From Epithemia pelagica (lineage: Eukaryota > Protista > Bacillariophyta), in contig OX337241.1 of assembly GCA_946965045.2 (NCBI GenBank), forward strand, positions 1,550,001 to 1,614,000: a stretch of DNA of 64,000 bases. Direction: 5' to 3'. Positions within the stretch are counted from its first letter, which is position 1; every line of letters begins with the position of its first letter. This document shows positions 11,115-23,709 of the stretch, in pieces. The position numbers and the translations under genes were made by a program. The notes under the pieces are model-generated. The model was not told where the DNA came from and did no database searches. It saw nothing but the letters and a program-made list of their open reading frames with translations.

Positions 11115-14100
11115 TCAATGAGTTGAAGAAAACCTGCGCTCCAGGTCGTATGGATCGATCAGTGCATGTAAATGTCGGATAGCGCATTCAGAGAATAACG
11201 ACCTGTCCAATCCTGGAGAGATGTCTTCGCTGTCGGAATTAGAGGGATTAGACATCCCATATCCTCCCTCCAGAACCGAGACAACTTTCCCACTGCAGCA
11301 AATATCAGCAATCTCAAGAATCTTCCTAGTTGTCCAAGCATAATCTTCTGGGTCAAGGTCCAGTCCAACCCTTTCACGTCCGCCTCGCTCATGCCTGGCA
11401 TTTCCAACATCGCCTTTGCATGCATCGAAACCAGAACTGATGAGGATCAGATCAGGGTTAAACGCTCGAAGAGCAGGCAGAAGTCTGTTTTGGATGGCGT
11501 CTCGGTAGGCAAGGCGACCAGATGCTAAAGGTTGATATTTTGGATTTGGTGGTCTCGGTGAAGAAATATTATTGACAGAACCACTTTCGCTTCCTGCATC
11601 GCTGTTCTGACCGCTTTTTCTTGGTGTGCCAACTGGAGACTCTTCCTCTGGATCGCTGGTGCGTGTCTTTTGTCGTGTATTGTGAGTTCGAGTGACAGGT
11701 GGGGCAGGAGACGTATTATCCTTCCAGAGAGGAACCAGGGGTACATTAATGATGTTTAAAGCAAGATCGTCATCAGACCCTGTCCCTGGATAGAACTTAT
11801 ATTGGAACTGGCCAGATCCACGTTTCCGTTTGTCGTTGTCGTACAAGTGAATCGAAAAAAAGAAAAGCTTGCTTGGGTCATGGCATTTGCGTACAATTTC
11901 CTCTGTTCCATTTCCATGATGTACATCGATATCAACAATGGCACAACGTTCACAAAACAACCGTTCATGGGATATGGCATACAATGCTCCAGCTGCCACA
12001 TTGTTGAAAAGGCAAAAGCCACAGGATTCGCCTCCGTCCAGCAAACCGTTAACACCAGCGTGATGGCCAGGTGGCCGCACGACACAAAACGAATTTCGGT
12101 TTCTCCCCACAAGGACGCTAAAAACAAGTACAGTGAGAAACATGATTACCCATTGCTGTTTCGGTTTTCTGATTAATAAAAGGTCTTGACTTTGGATGCC
12201 CTCGGACTTACCAATCGACCGCATGTTGAACAGCTCCAGCAGCTCGTCGAGCAGCACGCAACGACCCTGCACTAAAAGCGGTGTCGGAGTTTGATACGCT
12301 TTTCACGGCAGATTCGCTCACTTTAATCATAGATCTTTGAACCATTGGGGTGAACGGGACGACATGAGTGCCCTTTCCATCATCCTCACCGAACTCACCG
12401 CCACTTGTTTTGAGTTGTTTCTCCAAATCCTTGCTCAAGTTGTGAAGGAAATGAAGATATTCTGTACTATGCACTCGACTCAACAGGTCCAAATTCGCTC
12501 TTTCAAATTCGCTTGAAAGAGTGATCTCGTGGTCCCGAATTTCTTCCTCACCACTTAGTAGATTTGGTTGTGAAACTCGTGTCATCACTGCAACGACACG
12601 ATCTGGAGCCTCCCAGTCTGCTTGCGACTTCGCAACGTGTTCCAAGCATTCGGGGTGATGCAAAACTAACGTTCGACTTGCACTGGATCGTTCGAATAAA
12701 CCGTTTCGAGTACTCCCAATCTCGACAGTTTTTTCGCGCAATGCTCTTTTCAATTCTCGACTCATTTTGACTCCTGCGCTCGTTTCTCGAAGATCCCGAG
12801 CTTTCAAAGATGCAATAGAGTATGCCGAATCGTAATATCCCTCGCCAGCCACATCAATAGGCCTTCTGAACTTGCCATCCGTTGCACTAACTCGAGAACC
12901 GCTCTCGACTAACAGTCCCATGACTTTCGCCCCCACACGACCAGCCCGCATGGCCCAATGAAGTGGCGTTTCACCTTGTTTGTTCTTAGCATCTATTTGG
13001 CTGTTTCGTAGCAGCAAGTAAGACACAATGTCTGCGTTTCCTGCCCTAGATGCCCAATGGACGGGTGTGTTGCCGTTGTTGTCACGGATATTTGGATCAG
13101 CGCCCGCCGAGAGCAGCAATCGGACCATTTCCAATGATACGGCAGCAAAACTATCCTTCACCATGCATAAGGATGCGGCAGTATGGAGTGGGGCAAACCC
13201 TGCACTGTCCAGGCGAGATAAAGCACCAACATTTCGGTTTGCAACTTCACCTAGCTCAAATTGAATAGATTCAATATCCAATTCGCAAACAGCCCGATGC
13301 AATTTACTCCTGCCAAACGAGCTGGATGGCCCGCAGACAACATGAAGCTTTGGCTCTTTCGCCTCCCCACTTTCTTCAGCCCTCGTTCCAGGTTCATCTT
13401 GTTCACTATCATCTTTTTCTTGCCCTTGGTCTGACTTGGCCTTTTCGTTGACTAGGGCTTCCAACTCACCATCCCAGGGCGTCACCGGAGAACTATCCCC
13501 ATCTCCAATCTTTCTTTTCTTTTCGGGAGTTACACCCAGCGCGTCTGGGTTTAGTATTTGCAACGAGAGACCTGGTTTTCCAGACGCGGATACTGGGTCA
13601 CTTACAAACAAAGGAGGCACTGGGACTTCGTTCAACCCTTTGGTCGCATACTCTGGTTCCGGTGGAGGTGTGTCAGCCCCTTCCCGATCATCCAACGGAC
13701 TGCTACTCATAATGGTCGTGTCTGATGGGTGGAAGGACGTCGTGACTTGTGCTGGGGCGGAGGAGTCTTTGGAAGGGACAACACCACCAGCTACACCCGC
13801 CAACATGCGAGCCGCCGCAATTTCAGCCAATTTCCGTTTCCCCGTGGCAGCCGGTGATGGTTCGGGAAATTTCCCCTTTTTAAAAGCTGACAAGGGATCC
13901 GGTGCCACAATTTTCATGGACGACGACGACGCAGTGGCTACGGAGGAAGTGACGGTCGGCCAGCCTGTGGTAGCGAGGCTACTGGTAGTAAACGACGGTG
14001 CCGCCATGGTAGAGTCCTCACCCGACGCCGCATGTACGGTAGAAAAGGCGTGCTGTGCACGAAGGGGTTGTCGGTCTTCGCCTGTACTGCTACTGCTACC

Positions 14101-14988
14101 ACTGACAAAGGGCATGCTTGGAGGCTGCAGTAGTGATGACCCTGAAACTGATGCCCCGCTCAAACCAGATATAACCTGCGCTGCAGATAGTGTTGCGGAG
14201 CTACCTCGTCGATTTCCTTTCATACTGGACAATATACCTGCGTTTGTTGCAGTGGCAAGTTGTTGCGATTTGTTTTGGGTTTGTTGTTGAGCCGCCTTTT
14301 GCTTTTTGCTCTTAGTTCCCGATGACTGGGTTCCAGAAGCGTTAGTGCTTCGACTCGGTTTCGACGAAGAATCTGGCGCAATGCCCATATCGACAAAATC
14401 GACATCCGTGGCGGATCCACCAGAAGATTCTTGAATCTTTTGCAGCTTCTGAAAGTATTTTTGAGCATGTGTGCGAGTTTGCACAACAGTCCGCGTCTTG
14501 ACCTTCGCCGCTACCTTTTTCCACTCTTTTCCAAACATTTGCAAGGCTTCCAGAAAGGCTTCGTGTTCTTGCTTTGTCCATCGCCCTGTTTGTTCTTGTC
14601 CAGATTCCACGACTTTTCCAGGAGTATTGGGATTCACGGCAATCTTACCTCCACCCGTCCTTTTCGAAACGGATGGTACAGCGCTGTTGCGTGAGGATGA
14701 GCCCCGAGGCTGATCGGATGCTCCATTTGCCATATCCAATACTTCGTCCTCTTCTTCTTCATCGTCTTCATCATCCTCGTAGTCATCCACATCCCCGGCA
14801 TCCTCGGCAGGGTTGGGTGGAAAATAGTGATGATCGGGCTTTGACGGACGTTGTTGCGGCAGAGTTGATATTCGGTTTGCGGAAGGACGGCGTTCACCAC
14901 CTTCGCCATTGGTCAAATCAAGAATCTTTGTATACTGAGGAGCCCTCTCATCGTGATAATCCTCATATTGCTCATTGGAATCTGACAT
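11115..14988 (-). CDS. SHAQKYF-class Myb + ankyrin repeats + class II-like histone deacetylase fusion (~1259 aa), intron 12118-12211
   Basis: GRWTKQEHEAFL...QTRTHAQKYF Myb, ankyrin TPVHWA/TPLHWA, then HDAC HHPECLEH, RPPGHHAG, GFCLFNN, DIDVHHGNGT, GFD, LEGGY. The GTAAGT...TTTTAG intron joins AVDC|VLVGRNRN in frame. Confidence 0.9.
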
Positions 14989-15463
14989 TGTCAAAGCTTC
15001 CACGATTTCTTTTTATCTTCCTACAGCAGATTGCTTCTTCGTTGTTGCCTCGTGCCAAACCGAACCACACGAATATTGTTGTTGCTGTTTTTTGCAACCT
15101 AAACGAACAAGAAACGAACACAGTGAGATGACCAAAGAAGATAGGGAGGAAGTTGTTGGGACTCTCAGAGAGTGGAAAGTGGAACAGGTTTGACCTAAAG
15201 ATTCCATCGCAGTGGTCTCCACAAGGACACCCGTAGACCAGTCATGAAGGAACAAATGACGAACACCCTCCTGAAAACCCTCCTTTACAGAAGACCGGGC
15301 TCATGTATCTTTGCTGAATCAAAGTATATCCAAACAATAATCTCGCACCTGAAAGAGATGGAAATGGATGAGCCAGTTTGCAGTTATGGCTCGTTGAATA
15401 GATGGCGGTGAATGGTGTGCTGAATGAATGAATTCTGTTCGCTAGTTGATGGCTCGATTGGGA

Positions 15464-15485
15464 TTCTCTTCTCTTCTCTTCTCTT
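15464..15485. repeat. (TTCTC)4 pentanucleotide microsatellite upstream of the Myb-HDAC gene
   Basis: Direct read. Confidence 0.75.
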
Positions 15486-18061
15486 TGAGCGAGGGTTGAT
15501 GTGTGTGGATCTGTAGTGTGTGTGTGATGTGTGTTGGGTCTCTTTTCTTGGTGGCAGTGTCAAGATTCAAAGATACTACGGGGTCTACGTAGATCCTACG
15601 TAGAGGGGGTGGATTCCACGGATCGTGATTTTTGTTGGATTCGCAGCAGTCACTAAGACTCCTTCAACCAAACCTCAAACTTCCCTTTCCAGTCAACGCA
15701 TCACAAAAGAGAATGCATAGGCTCTCTTTGGTTCCTTGTTTCTTCTTACCTCTCTTTCTTGTTTCTCTTGTTGCTCCTTGATGATGCGCAAGGACGACTT
15801 GCAACACAGAAGCGACGACGAAGGGAACTTTGAAGTTCTCTTGGCTTTTCTGTCCCTACTCGTGGACAAGATACAAGATACTTACTACGAGTCTATGGTC
15901 GGGCAATGACATTGATACTTTTCGTTCATGTGACCGGACCTACGTGTCAATCCAGAATCTGCCATCAGCTTGATCCTCAGCGGTTGGACAACCTTGAAAG
16001 AGAGGTGTATTTATAATCTTTGGGAGTCTTCCCAACCATCAAATCAATGACTCACGCTGAAGCTTATAGTGGATGTAGGAAGCCTCATCGGTACCCGCTC
16101 TTATATTATTATTGCCTTCTTATGTAAACTTGGGTCTAACGCTGAAGCTTTTGGAAATTTCCTGGCGCGCGCGTCTGATCTATTTAAAGGGAAAAACGAG
16201 TCTGCCGAGCAGACATCAATTCTCACACTGTCTATGTTGTAGTACTATTGCTACCTCTCTACGAGTACTAGTAGCTAGGGGAGTAGGAGTAGCAGAGAGC
16301 TCTAGCTAGAGACTCTACTAGCTACTCCTAGCGAGTACAGCCATGTCTAGGAGTACTAGGAGTACCTATTATGGTCCATGGTCTACGCCTACGCTTATGT
16401 CAAAACAATAACATCACATCACAATCAACTAACAGTGGGTACTCCTCTAGGAGCAGATCTCCCCCTGTCTTGGTCATATCATGCTCATCGAGTGCATCGA
16501 CCCAACGTCATATCCAGCTAATGCGCCATACGTCTCTCAAAAAACCATGTAGACCGACACAAGATTCAAAATCTCCAAGTTTACTTAATTGTCTTGAGTG
16601 ATGGTCTGAATATGCGATGAGGGGTGAAGAATCTTGCTAGTATCGCCCTGAGATCACAGTGGCCGAGAAAAGAAAATAGGCCCTCTTTCAACCAGGCCAA
16701 GTGGTTCCATATTGACCGGTACAGTTACAGCCCGAACGCTTCGCCATGAGTTTGTTTCTGCCCTAAGATTTGTCACCTTGGGTGGTTGTGAGTTGCCCTC
16801 CAACCTCCAAGCCTTTTTGGAAAGAAAGGACCACGTTGACTTCTGCAGACGGAGTCCGGAGAGTAATCAAGTCCTAAGACCTAAGACACCCCCTACTAGC
16901 TGGGAGCTGGGAGTACTCTAGAAAGAGTTGGAACAACCGTAGCTCCTCCTCATAAGTCCTAAGAGTAGTAGAGAAGAGAGAGAATGCGGAGAAGTAAAGA
17001 GGATTCCTCGCAATCTCTTGGTAGGTACCTGTATAGGTAGTCTAGAGAAGCCCAGAGCAGAGCAGGGTAACTCCTAGTAAACTAGGTAGGTAGGCGAGGA
17101 CCAGGAGAATCACAATGGGGCGCAAATTGACAGGCCTCAATGTCCAAGTAGAGAGCCAAGACTGAAGCTGGAGAGATGTAGATGTAGGAGTAGCTCCAAA
17201 GAGTAAGGCGCGATCAACTGGACGAACTACCTAGGTCGTGTAACAGATACAATTCGAAAATTCCGCGTTGTTCTTCTTGACGCGCCGCAAGTTCACGAGA
17301 GGGAGCGGTACGGTGTACGGTCATCTTCATTACGGCGTTGCCAGAGACGAGGAAGATGAACCCATAAGATCTTAATAGTCCCAAGAACCAAATGGGAGAC
17401 TAGGTAGATGTAGAGAGAAATGTTCAGTCTAGAGGTAGAGAGAACAAAGGGTGCCAAGATAGTTCTGGTCGCCTTTATTCTTTGTGACATCCCGGAAAGG
17501 AAAAACATCTATGAACGAACGCAATGGCGCGAGTTCAACTTTTGCGGGACAGAATGATCATGGATCGTGGGGGAAGATCATTAGGGTTCAGGCATTTGGG
17601 CAATACAGTTCGTGACACGGTTCTGGGTACATTTCTCCCCACAGTGAGTCCGCTCGATGACATGCACATGACCCACACCCACGACCAGACACGTCTCATT
17701 TTCGCAGACATGGAACGGGCAACGCACGGTCTGATTCAGTAGTCATAGATGTGTCAAGCTTGGTGTATTGAATGGTTGTCATTGGCTGTGCTCTGTTCTT
17801 TGGATGGCGGGGGAAGCGCGAGGCCGTCCAACAACCTGCTGGTTATCCGGGTCATTTCCAGAAAAGGGAATTCAGAATTCGACTTTGCTCTCGTTTGCCA
17901 AAGTTGGAGCGCTCAAAACACACAAACAAACGCACAGACAAAGTCACTTTTACCGAAATCAAACGAAATTCCCTCGCACAACTCTTCAGACAGACTATCG
18001 GCTCAGCTGATCCTCCATCACACACATTCTCTTTCTTTGATCTTCCTACCTATCACCAAGG

Positions 18062-20095
18062 ATGTGTCACTTGCTTCCGAGTATATCGTTGTCGCTTCTG
18101 GTGGCATTGTCAACGCCATTGAGTCCATCAACAACAAATGGGCTGCAGGGTGCATGGGCATTCTCCCCGCCGCAGTCATCAAGGATTCGCCCATCGGGTA
18201 GAACTTTGTCATGGCGACCACCACGACGGTCCCACGACTTGGCGTCGTCCGTGTCGACGTCGCAACTGCACATGAGTTCAACGATGGAACCCCCTCCAGG
18301 TCAACCTCATGGATATGCAGCCAGTGGCCAAACAAGTTTATCGCAGGCCTCTGTGGTTGTCTCTGGAGACCATACTCCACCTTCCTTTGGCTTACTGGCC
18401 GTTCGGTCTCTTTGGTCCAAGCTACGATCGGTGGCTCATGACCTCTCACCGGCCGCCACAAGCGAAAAGGTGCCCTCGTTCAAGAAACTGTTGCTCTTTG
18501 TGTCAACCATGGGACTGGTTCTGATTAGCGAGCCTCTCTTGAGTTTGGTTGACACCTCTGTGGTGGGTTGGACACAAGGTGCTTCGTCGGTCGTGCAGCT
18601 TGCAGCCATGGGGCCTGCCACGACGCTCATGGACACATTAATATATATGACCTACTTCCTTGCATTGGGGACAACAAATCTCTTGTCCGAAGGCATTGCC
18701 GGATCCCGATGGAGAGAGCTTCAGGAAACAACAAGTAATATCATGTCGGTCGCTGCTCTGGTTGGCCTTGGCTTGACAGGCCTTATTTGGTTTGCAAGTC
18801 CCTTTCTTTTAAAGACAATTGCTGGAGCTTCTGCATCTCCAGAGCTCTTGGGTTATGCGGTCCGATATACAAGAATCAGAGCCCTTGTGGCACCGGCGAC
18901 GATTATGGGTTTGGTGGCTCAGTCCTTTTGCACGGTCAACCAAAGCACCCGAGCTCCCGTTTTGGCGGTTCTGCTTGCCAGTGTAGTGAACATTTCTGGT
19001 GACCTGGCTCTTTCCAAGTATGGAGTTGTTGGTGCAGCCATTGCCACTGCCGTTTCTTCGGTTTCGGCGGCCTCGCTTCTATTGGTGGCCGTCAAACGAA
19101 AACTCAAGGAATGGCGACAAAAGGAAATCCAAGAATGGGAAAGTTCTCAAACAAGACCACCACTTGAGAAGGAACTTGCCCCTGTTGTGGCTCTCGAGTC
19201 TGCAGGTTTGAAGCATAGTGGAGATGATACAATGACTTCATTTGGTTCCTCGCTGGAACTCGAAGAGGAACCCCTTCCTCTTTCTTCTGCTTCCACAGTA
19301 GTGGAAGAAGAGCATGCCCCTTTCTCGTCGGCTACAGCACTTGAAGAAGAACATGTCGTCACATCTTCAGCTTCTACGTCCGTTATGGAAGAAGTTGACA
19401 GAAGAACTTCGGTGCAACCGACTACAGTACAAGCACCAGCTAAAGTTCCATTTCTCTCCCTTCCAAGTAAAGATTCGGTGGTACGGCTAGCTTCCGTGTC
19501 AGGACCGCTCTGCTTTAACATGTGGGCCAAAATGGGCTGCTACTCTGCTCTCACCTTGGCCGCAACCCGGTTCGGTGTGGTCCCCTTGGCGGCTCATAAC
19601 ATTCTCATGACACTGTACTACTTCTTTGGATGCTTTGCCGATTCAATCGGCATGTCGGCGCAGTCCTTCCTTCCTGCATCGCTGTATCCCCTGGATAAGA
19701 AGTCCTATCAAGCTACTCTGCGGAGACTCGTACTAGTTTCTGGCGTTGGCGCCGTGTTCTTGGGCAAGGCTGCACTCGTTTTGTTGCAAACCGCAGGTAG
19801 TTATTTAGCACGAGATGGTGCCATGCTCCAAGCAATGAAGACCCAAGGTCCCTTCTTGGCAATGGCCCTTGCGGTCCACCCCTTTGTGGTCTTGACAGAA
19901 GGGACAGTGATTGCAACTCGGGACTTTCGAAATTTGGTCATGACCTATGCATCGGCCGTTGGTATCCACGCTTTCTTGTTGGCCAAAGCCAGCAGCTTTA
20001 GCGCTGTTTGGCAAGCTCTGTTTGCTTTCCAAGTGGTTCGTTTGATAAATTACCGCCTCTGGAGAAAACGAGGAGACGCCCTCTCCTCTGCTTAA
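18062..20095 (+). CDS. MATE (DinF-like) efflux transporter with plastid-type presequence
   Basis: EPLLSLVDTSVVG, QLAAMGPAT, YTRIRAL, NISGDL, GVVGAAIATAVS, LAAHNI MATE motifs. Signal peptide followed by AWA-F. Confidence 0.9.
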   Translation: MCHLLPSISLSLLVALSTPLSPSTTNGLQGAWAFSPPQSSRIRPSGRTLSWRPPRRSHDLASSVSTSQLHMSSTMEPPPGQPHGYAASGQTSLSQASVVVSGDHTPPSFGLLAVRSLWSKLRSVAHDLSPAATSEKVPSFKKLLLFVSTMGLVLISEPLLSLVDTSVVGWTQGASSVVQLAAMGPATTLMDTLIYMTYFLALGTTNLLSEGIAGSRWRELQETTSNIMSVAALVGLGLTGLIWFASPFLLKTIAGASASPELLGYAVRYTRIRALVAPATIMGLVAQSFCTVNQSTRAPVLAVLLASVVNISGDLALSKYGVVGAAIATAVSSVSAASLLLVAVKRKLKEWRQKEIQEWESSQTRPPLEKELAPVVALESAGLKHSGDDTMTSFGSSLELEEEPLPLSSASTVVEEEHAPFSSATALEEEHVVTSSASTSVMEEVDRRTSVQPTTVQAPAKVPFLSLPSKDSVVRLASVSGPLCFNMWAKMGCYSALTLAATRFGVVPLAAHNILMTLYYFFGCFADSIGMSAQSFLPASLYPLDKKSYQATLRRLVLVSGVGAVFLGKAALVLLQTAGSYLARDGAMLQAMKTQGPFLAMALAVHPFVVLTEGTVIATRDFRNLVMTYASAVGIHAFLLAKASSFSAVWQALFAFQVVRLINYRLWRKRGDALSSA

Positions 20096-20681
20096 TCCAT
20101 GCTTTTCCCCGACTCATGAACGGTGCCGTTGTGAGGCCTCCTTATCCTATTTGGGCCAGACAAACGTCGGAGAGGCCTTTCCTCAGTTTGTTCTCTGCTT
20201 CTGTGACACAAACAAACAAGAGAACTTACGATTGTTCATGATAGCAGCTATAGTAATCTTCCGATTAAGTATGTATTTGTTAGCTATTCGTATGTTCGTT
20301 CCAAAGTGTAAGAAAGGAAATGATATCTATCTCATGTGACCAAGGACTTCCAGGATGAGAATGCTCCCGTCACTCTCATACTACGATTGAGCCGCTTTCA
20401 AAGCATCTCTAGAAAGGGACATCAATGGACTTCTGGAATTTATTGTGGAAGCACTCTCATGCTTCGACCAAACCGGTTTGAAGAATCTAATAATGAACAT
20501 CGATTTCATAGGATAGACTTTGGAATTGGTAAATAGGGAGTACATTTTTGTCTTTAGCACCGCAAACAAAGGTTTAAAGTCTATCAGACGACACAGAACG
20601 TAACATTAAGAAAAAAGACTGACACCGACACAGGACAATCAGGCAACACAGAAACATTGACACCAGAGACATGAGAAAGAC

Positions 20682-21356
20682 TTAGGACATGAGCAATTCA
20701 TCAAACTTGTGAAAAACAGATTCGGGCCGCTGAGATCCCGAGTGCTTGCTCTTAGAAACATTGCGACTTTGCATATGAAGCATTTGTTGCTTCGGAGAAA
20801 CGGAAATAGGTTTCCCGGAAGAGATTTTTCGACGTGTGTGTGATTTACGTTGGTAGGAAAAGGAGCGCATCCGCTCGAACAATTCCACCGGCAATTCTCG
20901 CTCTTTCCCATAACTCCAATCCAACGTGAGAGTGAAGCGAGATGTTTGAGCGATTCCAGCCAGTATGGGTGGTTGTGAAGATGTCACACTCATGGGAAGA
21001 ACATTGTAATTGCGAACGCATACACTGCTGAACCGGACGCGCCTCGTTCTCCTCTCGTAGGAGGATAAGGAGGACGATGGACTGGATGAGATATTGCTCT
21101 TGGGGGGAGTGCGGACCGGTGTGTTAAAGCTTTCATCGCTGCTTTCAAGAGTGCTATCATCTTCAAGAGAAACGGAATCATCCTCGGATAAACTGTCAAC
21201 ATGGCTTGTTCCCGCAGTTTCTTTCTTCAGTAACAGCAAACATACCCTGGTGGCCAGATGCTCCAAGCATCGCGACAAGAAGTCGCATATACGACTCTGT
21301 GATGAGGTGCTGTTGAGTAACGAAAAAACGACCAGCAATATCAAGAGGTCAATCAT
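20682..21356 (-). CDS. Hypothetical protein with RVRF..V.VRNY / LTLDW.Y...FE motif pair
   Basis: 224-aa ATG ORF with N-terminal hydrophobic stretch, acidic/Ser-rich linker, RRVRFSSVCVRNY and LTLDWSYG...VELFERMR. From memory this motif pair recurs in diatom hypothetical proteins. Confidence 0.6.
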   Translation of the reverse strand: MIDLLILLVVFSLLNSTSSQSRICDFLSRCLEHLATRVCLLLLKKETAGTSHVDSLSEDDSVSLEDDSTLESSDESFNTPVRTPPKSNISSSPSSSLSSYERRTRRVRFSSVCVRNYNVLPMSVTSSQPPILAGIAQTSRFTLTLDWSYGKERELPVELFERMRSFSYQRKSHTRRKISSGKPISVSPKQQMLHMQSRNVSKSKHSGSQRPESVFHKFDELLMS

Positions 21357-21556
21357 GCTTCACTTTTCTTGGATCAAAGGCTGCTTCCCATTCCGTCCAT
21401 ATCAATGGAAATGGACAATTATACTTGAATTCAAGGGAACAACAGTCAACCCAGAACCCCCAATTCCAACTCCCCAACCGTTCCGACGTTTTGCCGTAAG
21501 TAACGGACGATGACGACAAACGACACAACATCTTTTTTTTATCGCATGTCTTGTAT

Positions 21557-21702
21557 TAAGAAAACCCGTCCGTTGGGCATACGGAGCACCGTCATGGGTG
21601 CACGGGTCATTCCAAACAAAGAAGTGAACTAAAAATATAGGTTACAGAGTCACTACTCCCTATCTTCTCGATTTTCATACGTACGACATACATACTTTCT
21701 TA
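21557..21702 (-). repeat. Element A 3' LTR (TAAGAAA...TTTCTTA)
   Basis: Identical to 44083-44228. Preceded on minus by purine tract GAGGGGAC (21703-21710). Confidence 0.95.
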
Positions 21703-21831
21703 GTCCCCTCAAACAGTTCTCGATCCCATTGAGAAATGTTTGCCATCCCAGTAGTAAGTGTATTCGGGCCAACTAGCCCAGGAAACCTCAAGACCTGCAC
21801 AAAACCTCATAAACGAAGATGAGGAAAGGAC

Positions 21832-23709
21832 TCACTCTGGGGATCCATGATCATCAGTAGTATCCCAAAGGATCAGACTCAACAAATGATTGCGTTTCTG
21901 TCCTCCTGGAATCACCTTGGTGGCCACCCTCCAAGGTACATGTCAGGATTTCCGATCGAGCCCGGCTTCATAGGGAAGAAATGATCTAACTCGTGTAACA
22001 TCGCAGTCGCATCGTGCGATATGGCCAAGACATCGTCTACGTACAGCAATACATAGGCGTAGTACTTGTGACCGTCACTCGGACGTGTCATAGGCTTCAT
22101 CCACAAGTCTCGATCAGCACCCAAGCACGGATCGTACCCAAGAGTTCTCATACAACTCGCAAGGTGGTTGCGGAAACTCGCACCGGCACTCTTTAACCCA
22201 TACAATGCTCGTACAATATATGCACGCTTCCCAGCGTTGGACCCAAACTCGGGGCCCAGTACAGTCCAGATTTTCTCACTGTTCGGCGCAGTTAAATAAG
22301 CATTCTTGATGTCAGACGTTTTGACCTCTAGGTCGTTGAGAGCGGCAATAGTGAGGGCAATACAAACACTTTCTTGAGATACAACGCTGGCATAAGTCAA
22401 TGTTGCTGGTGCCTCTGTTGTGTGTCCACCCGCTACAAACCGTGCTTTTCTCCTGAAATCTTCCATTTTTACGTTGAAAACCATGTGGCATCGGATCTCC
22501 TGGAAGCCAGGAGTTGGTTTCTCGTCGTCTTCCATCAACTTGAACGCCACTCGAACAGCTTCCATCTCTTTTTCGATGGCCTTTCGCCACAAGTCGTTGC
22601 CGTTCCTTCTGTCCAGTTCATATGCTTCGGCAACAGTCTTGGGAATTTCGATCCCAAACTTGTGTGTCCGCTTGTGATAGCGGCTGTTGACGGCGGCGAG
22701 TATCCGGTCTTGTCGTCGGAGGAACTTACTCACCCACCAATCAAACGCTGGCTCGTTCTCAATCTGCTTTGCGACGGCGTACTCCGCCACCTCAATCGGA
22801 TTTGATTCCTTCAGTCCGGCCAAGCACTCCCAGGACGTTGATCCGTCGCGCCACTGGACGCACAACTCCCACCCTTTTGTCGTCTTCTTCTTGTGCTTCC
22901 GTCCTCGGACAACAACATGACGGTTATCGTGGTCGACAGCGGCTTTGGTCTTGCGATGATCAACAATGCTGTCCAACAGCAAGAATTGGTTTCCTTCGGC
23001 ATCGCACTGCGCATACATATTTTCCGCGATGACATTCGCGGCATACTCAGACGTCTCGCCGTCTGGAAACTCAACAACATAAACTCTCGAGTCTAGAATC
23101 GGGTTGTGGGACGACGTCCCCTTGAGACGGCCATCGCTGGTCTTGGACCGTCTTTTCACCTTGCCCGTCACCATTGCATCACCCTTCGGCAACAAGACGT
23201 CAGCTCCAACGTAGTTGTCGTAGGTGTCTGGTGTGATGTCGTCAATGTCGGGTGCAATCGGTGGCTTGGGGTCATCATCGTCTTCATACGCCTCGTAGGT
23301 CGGCGTTTCCACATCAACTAGACCATCGTAGTCTTCGACTTTAGCTACACTGCCTAACTTCTCGTTGACCTTGCTCGTGTAGTCTTTTCTCTTCTCTATT
23401 TCAGTCGGGTCACGGATTTCGTCGTCCGTCAGATGTCGGTAGGTCGAGCGAATCTTGATCATTCCTGACTCGGCCAAGATCTTGATTGCATGTGCGGGTC
23501 CCATGTCCGTCGCAGGACCTAGGTATCTACCCAACTTCTCCTTGTCTTCCGGGTAGTTGGCCGCTGAGTCGTAATAGTAAACCCAGTCGTACCACCCATA
23601 TCCAGCCAAGAGTGAAATGTCAAAGGTCTCCCCGTACATTGCCGTTTCCGGGACTTGACCTGACAGCTCGAAATTACTATGACATGTAGCCGATCTGATA
23701 TAGGCTTCC
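21832..23709 (-). pseudogene. pol: Element A pol 3' part: integrase C-terminus, RT truncated after YLG, out-of-frame RNase H tail
   Basis: KARFVAGGH, DIKNAYL, ALYGLKSAG, YVDD. After DMYLGG the +1 frame reads VATKVIPGGQKRNHLLSLILWD...stop 21832, indicating an internal deletion at ~21928. Confidence 0.85.

Noticed and set aside
16240-17120. TAG/CTA-rich imperfect palindromes (e.g. TAGGAGTAGC...GCTACTCCTA at 16284-16330)
   Set aside because: Low-complexity intergenic sequence that self-pairs easily. No TIR/TSD pair or coding remnant found.
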